A stretch of DNA of 20,000 bases from an uncultured virus (IMG/VR IMGVR_UViG_3300042866_001374) (IMGVR_UViG_3300042866_001374), one strand, 5' to 3'. Positions 6,567 to 14,570 are shown, counted from the first letter of the stretch. Program-made: numbers and translations. Notes: generated from the letters alone by a model not told the origin.

Positions 6567-6739
6567 GGTTTTGGGTTGCAATTGGGGTGAAAGGTTTTAA
6601 ACTGTGAGCAACGTTGTTCTGTTGCCTTCATACTATCATAACCCTCAAACATCTTTTTGTCACGTTGAATAATCAGTGCATTCCATCCAAGAATTACAAT
6701 GAGTACAAAAAAGATGTAACTGATTTTCTTACTGGTCAT
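6563..6739 (-). CDS. small membrane-anchored protein (...WNALIIQRDKKMF...)
   Basis: ORF track; N-terminal hydrophobic helix. Confidence 0.75.
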   Translation of the reverse strand: MTSKKISYIFFVLIVILGWNALIIQRDKKMFEGYDSMKATEQRCSQFKTFHPNCNPKP

Positions 6740-6740
6740 T

Positions 6741-6953
6741 TTATGACCCTCCGTAAACATAATCTATAATACCAGCAGCATGATTCACACCTTCGATGAT
6801 AGTGAACTTAGCATACCTGTCAAACTCATCAACATGATACTCACTAAACTCTTTGACAAACAACTCACGGGCGTGGTCTTTGGATTCAGCAGCAAGAACT
6901 ACCATCCCACTGGTCCAGTCGGAGAGAATGTTGTTGATGATGTAAAGATTCAT
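6741..6953 (-). CDS. hypothetical protein
   Basis: ORF track; coupled to neighbours. Confidence 0.8.
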   Translation of the reverse strand: MNLYIINNILSDWTSGMVVLAAESKDHARELFVKEFSEYHVDEFDRYAKFTIIEGVNHAAGIIDYVYGGS

Positions 6954-7141
6954 TTGATGTCGCCTTCAGCAATCAGACCCATGATTTCACGAGCAGTGGC
7001 AGCAAAGTTAATGTGGTCCTCAAGACCCTCTTTAGCATAAATGTCAAAGACATCAGACTCACGATAGGTGTCCATAATCAGAGCACAGGCATCATACAGA
7101 GCAGCGATGTGATGTGCCTTGGATTGGAATGAGAGTGCCAT
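6950..7141 (-). CDS. hypothetical protein
   Basis: ORF track; first gene after cassette 4. Confidence 0.8.
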   Translation of the reverse strand: MALSFQSKAHHIAALYDACALIMDTYRESDVFDIYAKEGLEDHINFAATAREIMGLIAEGDIK

Positions 7142-7166
7142 GGGGTGTTCCCTTGATTACTTTGTA

Positions 7167-7224
7167 ATTATAGGGTGCCTCAGAACTCCCGCAGCAGTTC
7201 ATGGGGCAGTTCTTCAACTGGCCA
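7167..7224 (-). promoter_or_regulatory. promoter cassette 4
   Basis: -10 TATAAT 7167-7172; GGGGCAGT-N6-ACTGGCCA 7203-7224. Confidence 0.75.
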
Positions 7225-7314
7225 CTCCTCATCCAGGAGAGCATCCAGTTCCATGTCAGTGTCAATCACGGAGCGCAGTTGGTGTTCGTTGTAATCGTAA
7301 TCCATGAGGTTCAT
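7180..7314 (-). CDS. small acidic protein (44 aa)
   Basis: Manual translation MNLMDYDYNEHQLRSVIDTDMELDALLDEEWPVEELPHELLREF; lies between cassettes 5 and 4. Confidence 0.6.
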   Translation of the reverse strand: MNLMDYDYNEHQLRSVIDTDMELDALLDEEWPVEELPHELLREF

Positions 7315-7331
7315 AAGTTGACTACTTTTAA

Positions 7332-7390
7332 ATTATAAGGGGTGCTTCAGCAAATCAAAGCGCCCAGTGTGCCAGTTATTGAATTGTCTA
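7332..7390 (-). promoter_or_regulatory. promoter cassette 5
   Basis: -10 TATAAT 7332-7337; GGGTGCTT/AAGCGCCC imperfect stem; GTGCCAGT-N6-ATTGTCTA 7369-7390. Confidence 0.75.
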
Positions 7391-7612
7391 TTTCTTCTCT
7401 GGTTTTGCTGCTGGTGGTGCAGTGTAAGGAACCTTACCAGTCTCATTATACATCAGAATGTCATATTTAAATTTACATTCCAATGGTTTTTGATTGCAAA
7501 GTTTAAGCGTATCTTGATGAGAACTATGTGTGCCTACATTACCACCCAATGCAAATCCGATTATACCAGCAAGGGCAAATCCAACATAAGAAACATAATA
7601 AGTTTTAATCAT
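7388..7612 (-). CDS. small membrane-anchored protein
   Basis: ORF track; N-terminal hydrophobic helix and a Cys pair. Confidence 0.75.
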   Translation of the reverse strand: MIKTYYVSYVGFALAGIIGFALGGNVGTHSSHQDTLKLCNQKPLECKFKYDILMYNETGKVPYTAPPAAKPEKK

Positions 7613-7615
7613 AAT

Positions 7616-7999
7616 TCAATCCCAAGAAACATTTTGAAGAAGGAACCCAGGCATTACATATGTCCAGGAACCAGACTCTTGACTACCACCGACTTTATAT
7701 TCCCACTTGTATTCGTACTTATTATGACTATCCCAAGTCATATATCCCTTCTCTTTATCAAATCGTCCTTTAATAGTGAGACCAAACTTATTAGAGAAGA
7801 TATTGCGAGTACGCAATGCACCACCAGTCTCACGAGTTTCTACTACTTTACATGTGTCAGGATAGGTTTGAAGTCCTGCTTCAAGTACACATGGAGTTTC
7901 ATATGCAAATGGACGATAGACCTTTGGTTTTGGTGGTGCATTCTGTGCAAATGCAGGTGCAGTCAACAGAAGAGATGCAAGAATTAGAAGTTTGTTCAT
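7616..7999 (-). CDS. secreted/periplasmic hypothetical protein
   Basis: Signal peptide MNKLLILASLLLTAPAFA; beta-rich mature part with two Cys. Confidence 0.8.
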   Translation of the reverse strand: MNKLLILASLLLTAPAFAQNAPPKPKVYRPFAYETPCVLEAGLQTYPDTCKVVETRETGGALRTRNIFSNKFGLTIKGRFDKEKGYMTWDSHNKYEYKWEYKVGGSQESGSWTYVMPGFLLQNVSWD

Positions 8000-8193
8000 T
8001 TGTCCTTCAGTAGATTGTGATAATGTTGTACTTCTGAGTTTTCAAAATCTTTACATCGTGGATAGAATACACCATCTCGATAGCAAGACTTCTCTGGTTC
8101 ATAGTAAACCTGAGATGATTTGGTGTAATTTCTCTCACAGACGTAAGTTCCATTCACACACAATTGCAAAAGAGTGAATAGTGTGGAGTACAT
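7996..8193 (-). CDS. Cys-containing hypothetical protein
   Basis: ORF track 7996..8214; ATG at 8193 overlaps the upstream stop. Confidence 0.7.
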   Translation of the reverse strand: MYSTLFTLLQLCVNGTYVCERNYTKSSQVYYEPEKSCYRDGVFYPRCKDFENSEVQHYHNLLKDK

Positions 8194-8501
8194 TATACCA
8201 CAACTCTCCAACAAACAGTAGCATTACCTCTTTTAGAAGATTCGATGTGAGCAAATGCAGCGTAACTCAAATCCAAATCAGCATGTGAGTAAGGACCACG
8301 GTCATTCACTCTCACAATTACTTGTTTACCATTATCTTGATTGGTCACTCGTATGCGTGTACCCATAGGTAGATAAGGATGAGCTGCAGTCCAACGATAA
8401 GCATTAAACCGCTCACCATTTGCCGTAATTTGTCCATGAAATCCATCTCCAATTCCATAAAAAGTGGCGATACCACAAGCAAGACCAGCAATGATTGACA
8501 T
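8193..8501 (-). CDS. rlpA: RlpA-like double-psi beta-barrel protein (lytic transglycosylase family)
   Basis: ATFYG..FHGQITANGERFN..TAAHPYLPMGTRIRVTN..VIVRVNDRGPY..LDLSYAAF signature; start reset to 8501 because 8524-8529 is a -10 box. Confidence 0.92.
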   Translation of the reverse strand: MSIIAGLACGIATFYGIGDGFHGQITANGERFNAYRWTAAHPYLPMGTRIRVTNQDNGKQVIVRVNDRGPYSHADLDLSYAAFAHIESSKRGNATVCWRVVV

Positions 8502-8523
8502 GTTTGGTGAATGAGGCATAAGC

Positions 8524-8581
8524 ATCATAACCTCACCAGAGGTGCCTACGTGCCCCTGTGTGCCACTTGTTTTGCTGTCTA
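8524..8581 (-). promoter_or_regulatory. promoter cassette 6
   Basis: -10 TATGAT 8524-8529; GTGCCACT-N6-GCTGTCTA 8560-8581. Confidence 0.7.
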
Positions 8582-8785
8582 CTATAGATTCTCCAGTTCC
8601 TCTGCTATTTTGAACATCTCTTGGGCAGTCTTAAGATTCATTTGTGGGCACTCATCAATTAAGGTCCGAACAAATGCTGCCAATGCTTTTGCACCTATTT
8701 TATCTTTCTTATCATGAGTTGTTCTGAGTAGAGTATTCATAGAATTTAAATACTCTTGCTCTAATCTTTTTGCTCTGCTTGACAT
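8582..8785 (-). CDS. hypothetical helical protein
   Basis: ORF track 8582..8797; ATG at 8785 follows the GT11 stop. Confidence 0.7.
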   Translation of the reverse strand: MSSRAKRLEQEYLNSMNTLLRTTHDKKDKIGAKALAAFVRTLIDECPQMNLKTAQEMFKIAEELENL

Positions 8786-8786
8786 T

Positions 8787-9917
8787 TTAACTGACAACTG
8801 TAAATGAACGTTGGTCGGGATTCTCTAATCCTATGTAGTGTGGTTTATCAAAAAATAATGCTGCAAGATCTCTAGTTTGGTCATAACCATCAAGATCGAT
8901 TTTAATAGCACCTAATCCAATCTCTGCAAAGGCATTTCTAGTATCCTCATCATGCCCTTGCATCCAATATTTTGGATAGATAACTTTCTTACTATTAGAT
9001 AATTCTACGCCCCACATACCAAAAGAACTATTTGCTGCAATATGATAATCACACATAGACATCAAGCATAGTTCAAATGAATAATTATACAAATTATTTG
9101 CAATTTTCTCTTTATATGTTGGATGCAATTCTTTTACAAGTCTCACCATCTCTTGATTCAATTCTTCTTGAGTTGGAGTAGATGGCATCAAATTATCATA
9201 GGCATGTTTAGCTAATGCTACTTTGTAATCAAATCTACATTCTCCAGAAGCATCTACTAACCTATCCAATTCTTGACCAACATCACAATTAATTAATTCA
9301 TTATCGTTGAATATATCAAGAACAAACGTAAATCTTTCTGGATCACTTGCTGTTAAAATTGGATTTGTTAGAATATAATCTTTAACGTTACAAAAGATTA
9401 GAACTGGGATGTTTGGTGGCAGTAATTCCAATGCCTCTTTATAATAATCATCATCAATTAAAAACATTCCAGATCTAATATCTTCAAAATCACCTCTACG
9501 AAGATGCATTGAGATTACTTCTTGACCATCAAACTTTGACATAAACTGACGGCATTTATCCACAACTTCTGGTCTAAACCGCAATTCTTTTTTAACAGAT
9601 TCAAAATTAATAGAATCAACCATACTTTTAACAGTAGGATACCCATATAATTCACAGTTGTCCTCTACCATTGCAACAACTTCTTCAAAAGAATGGTCAT
9701 CCAAAAACTCAATGGACTTTAAATCAGCATCAAGTTCATCTTTAATACTGTTAAATTGCAAATTAGTAAATGTATTTCTAAGTGCCTTTAATCCATTTGT
9801 ATTGATAGTATAACTATACCCTGTTCTATTTGCAATAGAACGCATCAATACATATGAAGATATCTGGTATCCCAATCCAGTTCCAGTAGCAGCAAATTCT
9901 TGATGATATTTAATCAT
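8787..9917 (-). CDS. alpha-1,2-fucosyltransferase-like glycosyltransferase (GT11)
   Basis: GLGYQ (GLGNQ-like), SMHLRRGDF (HxRRGD), LMSMCDYHIAANSSFGMWG, VIYPKYW. Confidence 0.88.
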   Translation of the reverse strand: MIKYHQEFAATGTGLGYQISSYVLMRSIANRTGYSYTINTNGLKALRNTFTNLQFNSIKDELDADLKSIEFLDDHSFEEVVAMVEDNCELYGYPTVKSMVDSINFESVKKELRFRPEVVDKCRQFMSKFDGQEVISMHLRRGDFEDIRSGMFLIDDDYYKEALELLPPNIPVLIFCNVKDYILTNPILTASDPERFTFVLDIFNDNELINCDVGQELDRLVDASGECRFDYKVALAKHAYDNLMPSTPTQEELNQEMVRLVKELHPTYKEKIANNLYNYSFELCLMSMCDYHIAANSSFGMWGVELSNSKKVIYPKYWMQGHDEDTRNAFAEIGLGAIKIDLDGYDQTRDLAALFFDKPHYIGLENPDQRSFTVVS

Positions 9918-9944
9918 ATTGCACAAATTATCCAGTGTTACTAT

Positions 9945-10733
9945 TTAGAAATATATCTCCCAAACTCCATCACACTTGACCCCATGCCCCTGTAGTGTGA
10001 TTCTACGGTCATTCAATGACAAATTATATGCAGGTGCAATTTGGTGTTGAAGTGGACCAATAAAATAGAACATTTTACCTGGAATATAAGGAATCACTGT
10101 TGGTGTTCCATATGCACCATATTCAAGTGATTTAATTGCTTTGGAATAATCATCATTGATTTCATAGCATTTAATTGCATCTTCATTCCAAGTATTAAGA
10201 CCAGCACCAGTTTTAGGAACTTCTAAACATAGAGTGAATGACAAACAATTTTCAAGGTCTACCTCACCATATTGACTCCATACTGATTTATGCTTTTCTT
10301 GTTGAAGATCTACATGAATAGTTGCACTTGGACGTTCCATGTATTCTTTTGTTGCTACTTTTGGTTCCTCTCCAGGTTTACAACCAAATATATGGAATCC
10401 AGGATATGCTAAAGAATCATTTAACCGACAGGGACCAATCTCATAATAGATGTGATATACAATGGTATCATACAACCAACCAAAATATTCTTTAAGTAAA
10501 GGATTGGTCTGCATTGTCATCATAGTATACATCTGAGTATTGAGCATACAATCAATATATGTTGCAGGACCCAAAGTATAAAAATCCACTGGATTCTCAG
10601 CATCATGAGAGAATCCAGTGTTAGCAGAGTAAATCCCCCTTGGAATCCACCAATTACTCAATAAATCAATTCTTTCCAATGCCGCATCGATTCTTTCTTT
10701 ATCTAATACATCCAGATATCCTGCCGTTATCAT
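9945..10733 (-). CDS. putative 2OG-Fe(II) oxygenase (DSBH fold)
   Basis: PGFHIF, HxD (IHVD), SFTLCL, distal His (QHQIA) and RITLQGH arrangement. Confidence 0.7.
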   Translation of the reverse strand: MITAGYLDVLDKERIDAALERIDLLSNWWIPRGIYSANTGFSHDAENPVDFYTLGPATYIDCMLNTQMYTMMTMQTNPLLKEYFGWLYDTIVYHIYYEIGPCRLNDSLAYPGFHIFGCKPGEEPKVATKEYMERPSATIHVDLQQEKHKSVWSQYGEVDLENCLSFTLCLEVPKTGAGLNTWNEDAIKCYEINDDYSKAIKSLEYGAYGTPTVIPYIPGKMFYFIGPLQHQIAPAYNLSLNDRRITLQGHGVKCDGVWEIYF

Positions 10734-10975
10734 TCAAACTCTCCTCTTTGATTTTTAGTTAAAAGATTTGGTACAATAGGTTCTTCCACCTTTATTTCAA
10801 CATAGACATTAGTCTCATCATTCCAATGTCTTACGACCCCTGCGATAATGCAAATATTAGTAATGAGATAAGTGAGGAATATAACAGTACGTATATGAGC
10901 AATGTGGTCTGATTCTCTGTCATCATTTGATGCCTTCTCTCCCAGTGCCTTTGCCCACATTCTCCAAATCTTCAT
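10730..10975 (-). CDS. small membrane protein (WAKALG...IRT...ITN...RHW type)
   Basis: ORF track 10730..11050; ATG at 10975 preferred; one hydrophobic helix. Confidence 0.8.
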   Translation of the reverse strand: MKIWRMWAKALGEKASNDDRESDHIAHIRTVIFLTYLITNICIIAGVVRHWNDETNVYVEIKVEEPIVPNLLTKNQRGEFE

Positions 10976-11198
10976 AAATGGATTCTCTCGTTGCAATGTA
11001 TTTAAGTTCTTTCCATTGACTTGCATAACACAAAACAAGTAGTCTATCATTCCTATGAAGACGACATGCTTTATAATTTACACAGTCTTTTGGACGGACA
11101 GATACTTCAATGGTAATGTATTCTTTACCTTTGAAGTAAACCCATCCTTCTACCCCCTTAGTCCACTCAACATAATCATTAACTTCTGGTTCATACAT
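10923..11198 (-). CDS. hypothetical cyanophage-type protein (EGWVYF..YITIE)
   Basis: ORF track. Confidence 0.8.
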   Translation of the reverse strand: MYEPEVNDYVEWTKGVEGWVYFKGKEYITIEVSVRPKDCVNYKACRLHRNDRLLVLCYASQWKELKYIATRESIYEDLENVGKGTGREGIK

Positions 11199-11358
11199 CG
11201 GTTAAATCATTGATAAACAACCAATCATCTGGTTCCTCACCATCAACTACAAATTCACAGTGAAGGGCATCTGCATCATCAATGTTAAACTCATCAACAA
11301 GTTGACTAATGCGATCCATGAAGAACTCTTCACAGTGAGTAATGCACCTTTCATGCAT
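11191..11358 (-). CDS. acidic hypothetical protein
   Basis: ORF track 11191..11379; start may be 11379 or 11358. Confidence 0.7.
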   Translation of the reverse strand: MHERCITHCEEFFMDRISQLVDEFNIDDADALHCEFVVDGEEPDDWLFINDLTDV

Positions 11359-11494
11359 CAGATCTGACTTTATACTCATTTAAAAACTCCTGAATTTGGG
11401 TCATTTCTTTCAGAATGCATTCTAGTTGGGATTCAAGATGTGTCAACCTGTGCTGCTGGGCAGCAATGAAGTCTGGGTCTTTAATCATAATCAT
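11351..11494 (-). CDS. small coiled-coil peptide (47 aa)
   Basis: Manual translation MIMIKDPDFIAAQQHRLTHLESQLECILKEMTQIQEFLNEYKVRSDA; ATGA overlap. Confidence 0.55.
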   Translation of the reverse strand: MIMIKDPDFIAAQQHRLTHLESQLECILKEMTQIQEFLNEYKVRSDA

Positions 11495-11736
11495 GTGGTA
11501 AACTGCTCCACAACACAAGAAGTGATGTCATCTTCAGAAACAGCATAGATGCGAGCATTCATAATGTTCTCCCTCAAATCACTGTAATACTGTTCATAGT
11601 AATTACCATCGTCTTCAGCAGCGATGAGATCAAAACATTCATCATCGTTCTCAGCAATTACATTCCACAAACCACCATACTCAGAAGAGGGGAAGGGAAC
11701 GTAATGATCAACGATGTAAAGATACTTTTGTGCCAT
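11491..11736 (-). CDS. hypothetical cyanophage-type protein (VPFPSSEYGG)
   Basis: ORF track; has its own promoter upstream. Confidence 0.85.
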   Translation of the reverse strand: MAQKYLYIVDHYVPFPSSEYGGLWNVIAENDDECFDLIAAEDDGNYYEQYYSDLRENIMNARIYAVSEDDITSCVVEQFTT

Positions 11737-11759
11737 TTTTGTAGTTAAAGAACTCCTTA

Positions 11760-11788
11760 ATTGTAAAAGAAAAGAATCGTGATGTCAA
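11760..11788 (-). promoter_or_regulatory. sigma70-type promoter TTGACA-N17-TACAAT
   Basis: + strand tgtcaa 11783-11788, attgta 11760-11765. Confidence 0.75.
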
Positions 11789-11967
11789 GCAGCAAATTCT
11801 ACATTAAACTGCTCACACCACTCATTGTACTCATCCAAGCAACCATGCTCCATAGCATCCATCTCCTCATAGGTGTATGGACGCTCTTCAAGGGTCAGCA
11901 GCATACCAGTTGTAGGACACTGCCACAGACCAGAGGTGTAGAGATCAAGGTGTTGTTGGATGGTCAT
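11785..11967 (-). CDS. acidic hypothetical protein
   Basis: ORF track 11785..11988; ATG at 11967 downstream of cassette 7. Confidence 0.75.
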   Translation of the reverse strand: MTIQQHLDLYTSGLWQCPTTGMLLTLEERPYTYEEMDAMEHGCLDEYNEWCEQFNVEFAA

Positions 11968-11990
11968 TGGAATCTCTTGAGTACCCACTC

Positions 11991-12050
11991 ATTATAGGGG
12001 TGATTCCACCCCAATCTGGGGTGGTGTGTGCCAGTTTACAGACCTGTCCA
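11991..12050 (-). promoter_or_regulatory. promoter cassette 7
   Basis: -10 TATAAT 11991-11996; CCACCCCA-atc-TGGGGTGG hairpin; GTGCCAGT-N7-CCTGTCCA 12028-12050. Confidence 0.75.
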
Positions 12051-12473
12051 CACCCTTCCAGTGTCACACATGAATGTGAGTAGATACTTCTCTTCATTTT
12101 CATGTGCTTCTACTTCATGAGGTTGATTGGAGTAATCCATCTCCTCAACATTGATTCCCCTGTAAATTCTATTGCCACCACGAAGACGCAGTGTGCCATC
12201 AACCCATTGTTTTACATGGATAAGTTCATGCAAAAGCGTAAGCGCATACAATCTTTTATTCATGTTAGATTGCAGTTCAATTAAGAATGTGCGTGGATTG
12301 CGTTCTCCACCTTCAATATCACAATATCCATATGCACATTCACGCTTCATGCCACGATGAGTGACTGTAATATCAATCTTATGACGAGGATAAAATTTGG
12401 TGATAAACCAAACTAAAATATCTTCGCATAGTTTTTTATGGGCACCATACCCATTGATTTCATAGTAAAACAT
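12036..12473 (-). CDS. HEXXH zinc metallopeptidase-like protein
   Basis: TLLHELIHVKQW with downstream PHEVEA third-ligand motif. Confidence 0.8.
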   Translation of the reverse strand: MFYYEINGYGAHKKLCEDILVWFITKFYPRHKIDITVTHRGMKRECAYGYCDIEGGERNPRTFLIELQSNMNKRLYALTLLHELIHVKQWVDGTLRLRGGNRIYRGINVEEMDYSNQPHEVEAHENEEKYLLTFMCDTGRVWTGL

Positions 12474-12570
12474 TAAAAATCACCTGCGTAAGACGGGTTC
12501 CCCAATGCATGAGCCAAATGAATGACCCAATAAAAATGAGTTTGTCAGTCTTTGTCATGTTTGTGCTCAT
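12460..12570 (-). CDS. small membrane peptide
   Basis: Manual translation MSTNMTKTDKLIFIGSFIWLMHWGTRLTQVIFNVLL. Confidence 0.55.
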   Translation of the reverse strand: MSTNMTKTDKLIFIGSFIWLMHWGTRLTQVIFNVLL

Positions 12571-12649
12571 CAAGGTAATTAAAGAATGGGGAGAATAGTA
12601 CGAATCCTCCCCATGCAAATCCTGCAAGGATAATCAGTGCATAAATCAT
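12545..12649 (-). CDS. small membrane peptide (34 aa)
   Basis: Manual translation MIYALIILAGFAWGGFVLFSPFFNYLDEHKHDKD; ATGA overlap. Confidence 0.55.
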   Translation of the reverse strand: MIYALIILAGFAWGGFVLFSPFFNYLDEHKHDKD

Positions 12650-13095
12650 CGTGCGTAAAGATAACCACCTGCCCAATCACAATTTGCAAGAGCATTCTCA
12701 CGTTGCTCAATGATACGCAAATCATAGCGAACTCCCTTAGCAGGTGCCTTCCAAGATGCAGACTTGTAGAGTTCACCAGTCTTGCGATCTACAAAAGCAT
12801 GAACAGAACGAGAACCACCACCATCAATCATAATGATTTTGTGATACTTCTTACCACTTTCAATCACATAATCAATGTCAGACTTGCCAGACTTGAGTTC
12901 ATCAATCTTACGTTGATGATACTCATGAGTGTCAGCATCAGTGCCAACAAACTTCTGATGTCCACGGACAGCATACTCCCTATAGTTGTCCTTGAGAGCA
13001 TCAATCAACATGTAGCACCACTTGGTCACGTTGAGTTGAATGGTGTTACGAGCATCCTGCTCAGCAACAAACTGATCGAAGGTGGAAGCAGTCAT
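12646..13095 (-). CDS. conserved phage hypothetical protein (SVHAFVD..TG..YK.ASWKAPAK.VRY)
   Basis: 149 aa; motif typical of an early T4-like cyanophage family of unknown function. Confidence 0.88.
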   Translation of the reverse strand: MTASTFDQFVAEQDARNTIQLNVTKWCYMLIDALKDNYREYAVRGHQKFVGTDADTHEYHQRKIDELKSGKSDIDYVIESGKKYHKIIMIDGGGSRSVHAFVDRKTGELYKSASWKAPAKGVRYDLRIIEQRENALANCDWAGGYLYAR

Positions 13096-13121
13096 GAGAG
13101 GTGTTTGTTTGAACTGAAATC

Positions 13122-13180
13122 AGTATAATGGGTCAGATAACTCCCGATGTGTAATGCTGTGACGGTTTTTCAACTGGCAC
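13122..13180 (-). promoter_or_regulatory. promoter cassette 8
   Basis: -10 TATACT 13122-13127; GTGACGGT-N6-ACTGGCAC 13159-13180. Confidence 0.75.
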
Positions 13181-13270
13181 ACTCTCACGGGACGAACCAA
13201 CATTCCATGTAAACACGGTATGAACCATCATACCAATAGTCACAAAGAATACAAATTTAATTACCTTCAT
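13133..13270 (-). CDS. small membrane peptide (45 aa)
   Basis: Manual translation MKVIKFVFFVTIGMMVHTVFTWNVGSSRESVPVEKPSQHYTSGVI; ATGA overlap. Confidence 0.55.
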   Translation of the reverse strand: MKVIKFVFFVTIGMMVHTVFTWNVGSSRESVPVEKPSQHYTSGVI

Positions 13271-13443
13271 GCACTGTAACCTTCAGACTTCAAAATAGCA
13301 CGACGAGCATCATATGCTTGAAATTGAGATGCAAACTCAGCAATCTTCTGATACGGATTCTTACGATACAATCCCCATCGAGTAGTGCCAAGAATAGCAC
13401 GAATCATGTATGGATTATCAAGACCCAGAGGATAGGGTTTCAT
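13267..13443 (-). CDS. hypothetical basic protein
   Basis: ORF track 13267..13452. Confidence 0.7.
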   Translation of the reverse strand: MKPYPLGLDNPYMIRAILGTTRWGLYRKNPYQKIAEFASQFQAYDARRAILKSEGYSA

Positions 13444-13666
13444 CTTCTGCATTTGTAGGACTCTCTGATATTACTACCTGAGTCGGTTCCTCGTCAACGG
13501 TAGGTGGACACTCTTGAGATTGTCCCAACAACTCATTACATCTTTTCATAATACAATCAATAAAATCCTGTTCAGTCCATGTGTTAAACATAGATTCTAG
13601 TGGATCATTCTCATCCCATGATATTGTAAATGATCCATCTTGTTCTTCTTTAACATCAATTGCCAT
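13418..13666 (-). CDS. hypothetical protein (DGSFTISWDENDP)
   Basis: ORF track 13418..13675. Confidence 0.75.
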   Translation of the reverse strand: MAIDVKEEQDGSFTISWDENDPLESMFNTWTEQDFIDCIMKRCNELLGQSQECPPTVDEEPTQVVISESPTNAEDETLSSGS

Positions 13667-14000
13667 AATCGTCATCCCATGGTGCTTTACGACTTAAAAC
13701 TCTTGCAATTTTTTTCATTACTTCTGGGTCTGGTGGTTCATGCAACCTTTCTACAAGAGCATCAAAGTCTTTTGCTGGTAATACAATCCGTTCAGGTTTT
13801 GCTCCTTTACCCCAGAACTTCTCAAACTCCCACTTGTAGTTCATATCCAACCACCCACCATTCAAAGAACTCCAAAACTCTCCCCAAATGTGATAATCAT
13901 CAAAGCGAAATCCTTCGTGTGACATCAAACGATACCACCACCAGAACGGAGTATAACGAAGAAATCTATTTGAGATAATCCATCTATTAATTAAGACCAT
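13656..14000 (-). CDS. Trp-rich protein with DUF1778/TacA-like C-terminal segment
   Basis: C-terminus ERIVLPAKDFDALVERLHEPPDPEVMKKIARVLSRKAPW. Confidence 0.6.
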   Translation of the reverse strand: MVLINRWIISNRFLRYTPFWWWYRLMSHEGFRFDDYHIWGEFWSSLNGGWLDMNYKWEFEKFWGKGAKPERIVLPAKDFDALVERLHEPPDPEVMKKIARVLSRKAPWDDDYGN

Positions 14001-14218
14001 CTTCCCAACCTCAGCTTTCGTTCAGGTGAAATCCACGGATTATATGGATCATCATAGGGATAGATGTATTCGCACATCCAACCCCAGGATAATGCCTCCC
14101 AGAAGTCATCAGGGAAATGCTCAACAGTTTCATGACAATCTATGATATATCTAATGTTGAAAAATCCCTCACGGAACCATTCCCACTTACTCATACCCCA
14201 GTATTCATCGTGCGTCAT
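13991..14218 (-). CDS. Trp-rich hypothetical protein
   Basis: ORF track; FWEALSWGW motif. Confidence 0.75.
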   Translation of the reverse strand: MTHDEYWGMSKWEWFREGFFNIRYIIDCHETVEHFPDDFWEALSWGWMCEYIYPYDDPYNPWISPERKLRLGRWS

Positions 14219-14403
14219 GCTGTTTCATCACTCCAGTAGTATTTTAGTTGATCACCAGTGATATTCAAATGATAAATCTTACCATCTTGCCCATAAACAC
14301 CAATCCACAGTGCTCGTTCATTCATACTTTCCAGATGAAACAACTTCACCTCTTCCAGTACAATCTCATCTGGGTTTTCAGTCCAATTTACTAATTTAGT
14401 CAT
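14215..14403 (-). CDS. hypothetical protein (NPDEIV..HLE.M)
   Basis: ORF track 14215..14418; ATGA-coupled start at 14403. Confidence 0.75.
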   Translation of the reverse strand: MTKLVNWTENPDEIVLEEVKLFHLESMNERALWIGVYGQDGKIYHLNITGDQLKYYWSDETA

Positions 14404-14570
14404 TTTTTCCACTCCCATTCACTCTTGATACTCCACTCTGTTCTAATGTAAGAGTAGTTTAGATAATCCCAAAAAATACCTTGATAATCTTCAAAGTCCC
14501 ATTCAGGGTCACGACCATCATAAGTCATCAGTTGCTTCCACAACTCAAAACATATTTTAAATGCTTTCAT
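14400..14570 (-). CDS. Trp-rich hypothetical protein
   Basis: ORF track 14400..14582; coupled start at 14570; FWDYLNYSY motif. Confidence 0.7.
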   Translation of the reverse strand: MKAFKICFELWKQLMTYDGRDPEWDFEDYQGIFWDYLNYSYIRTEWSIKSEWEWKK

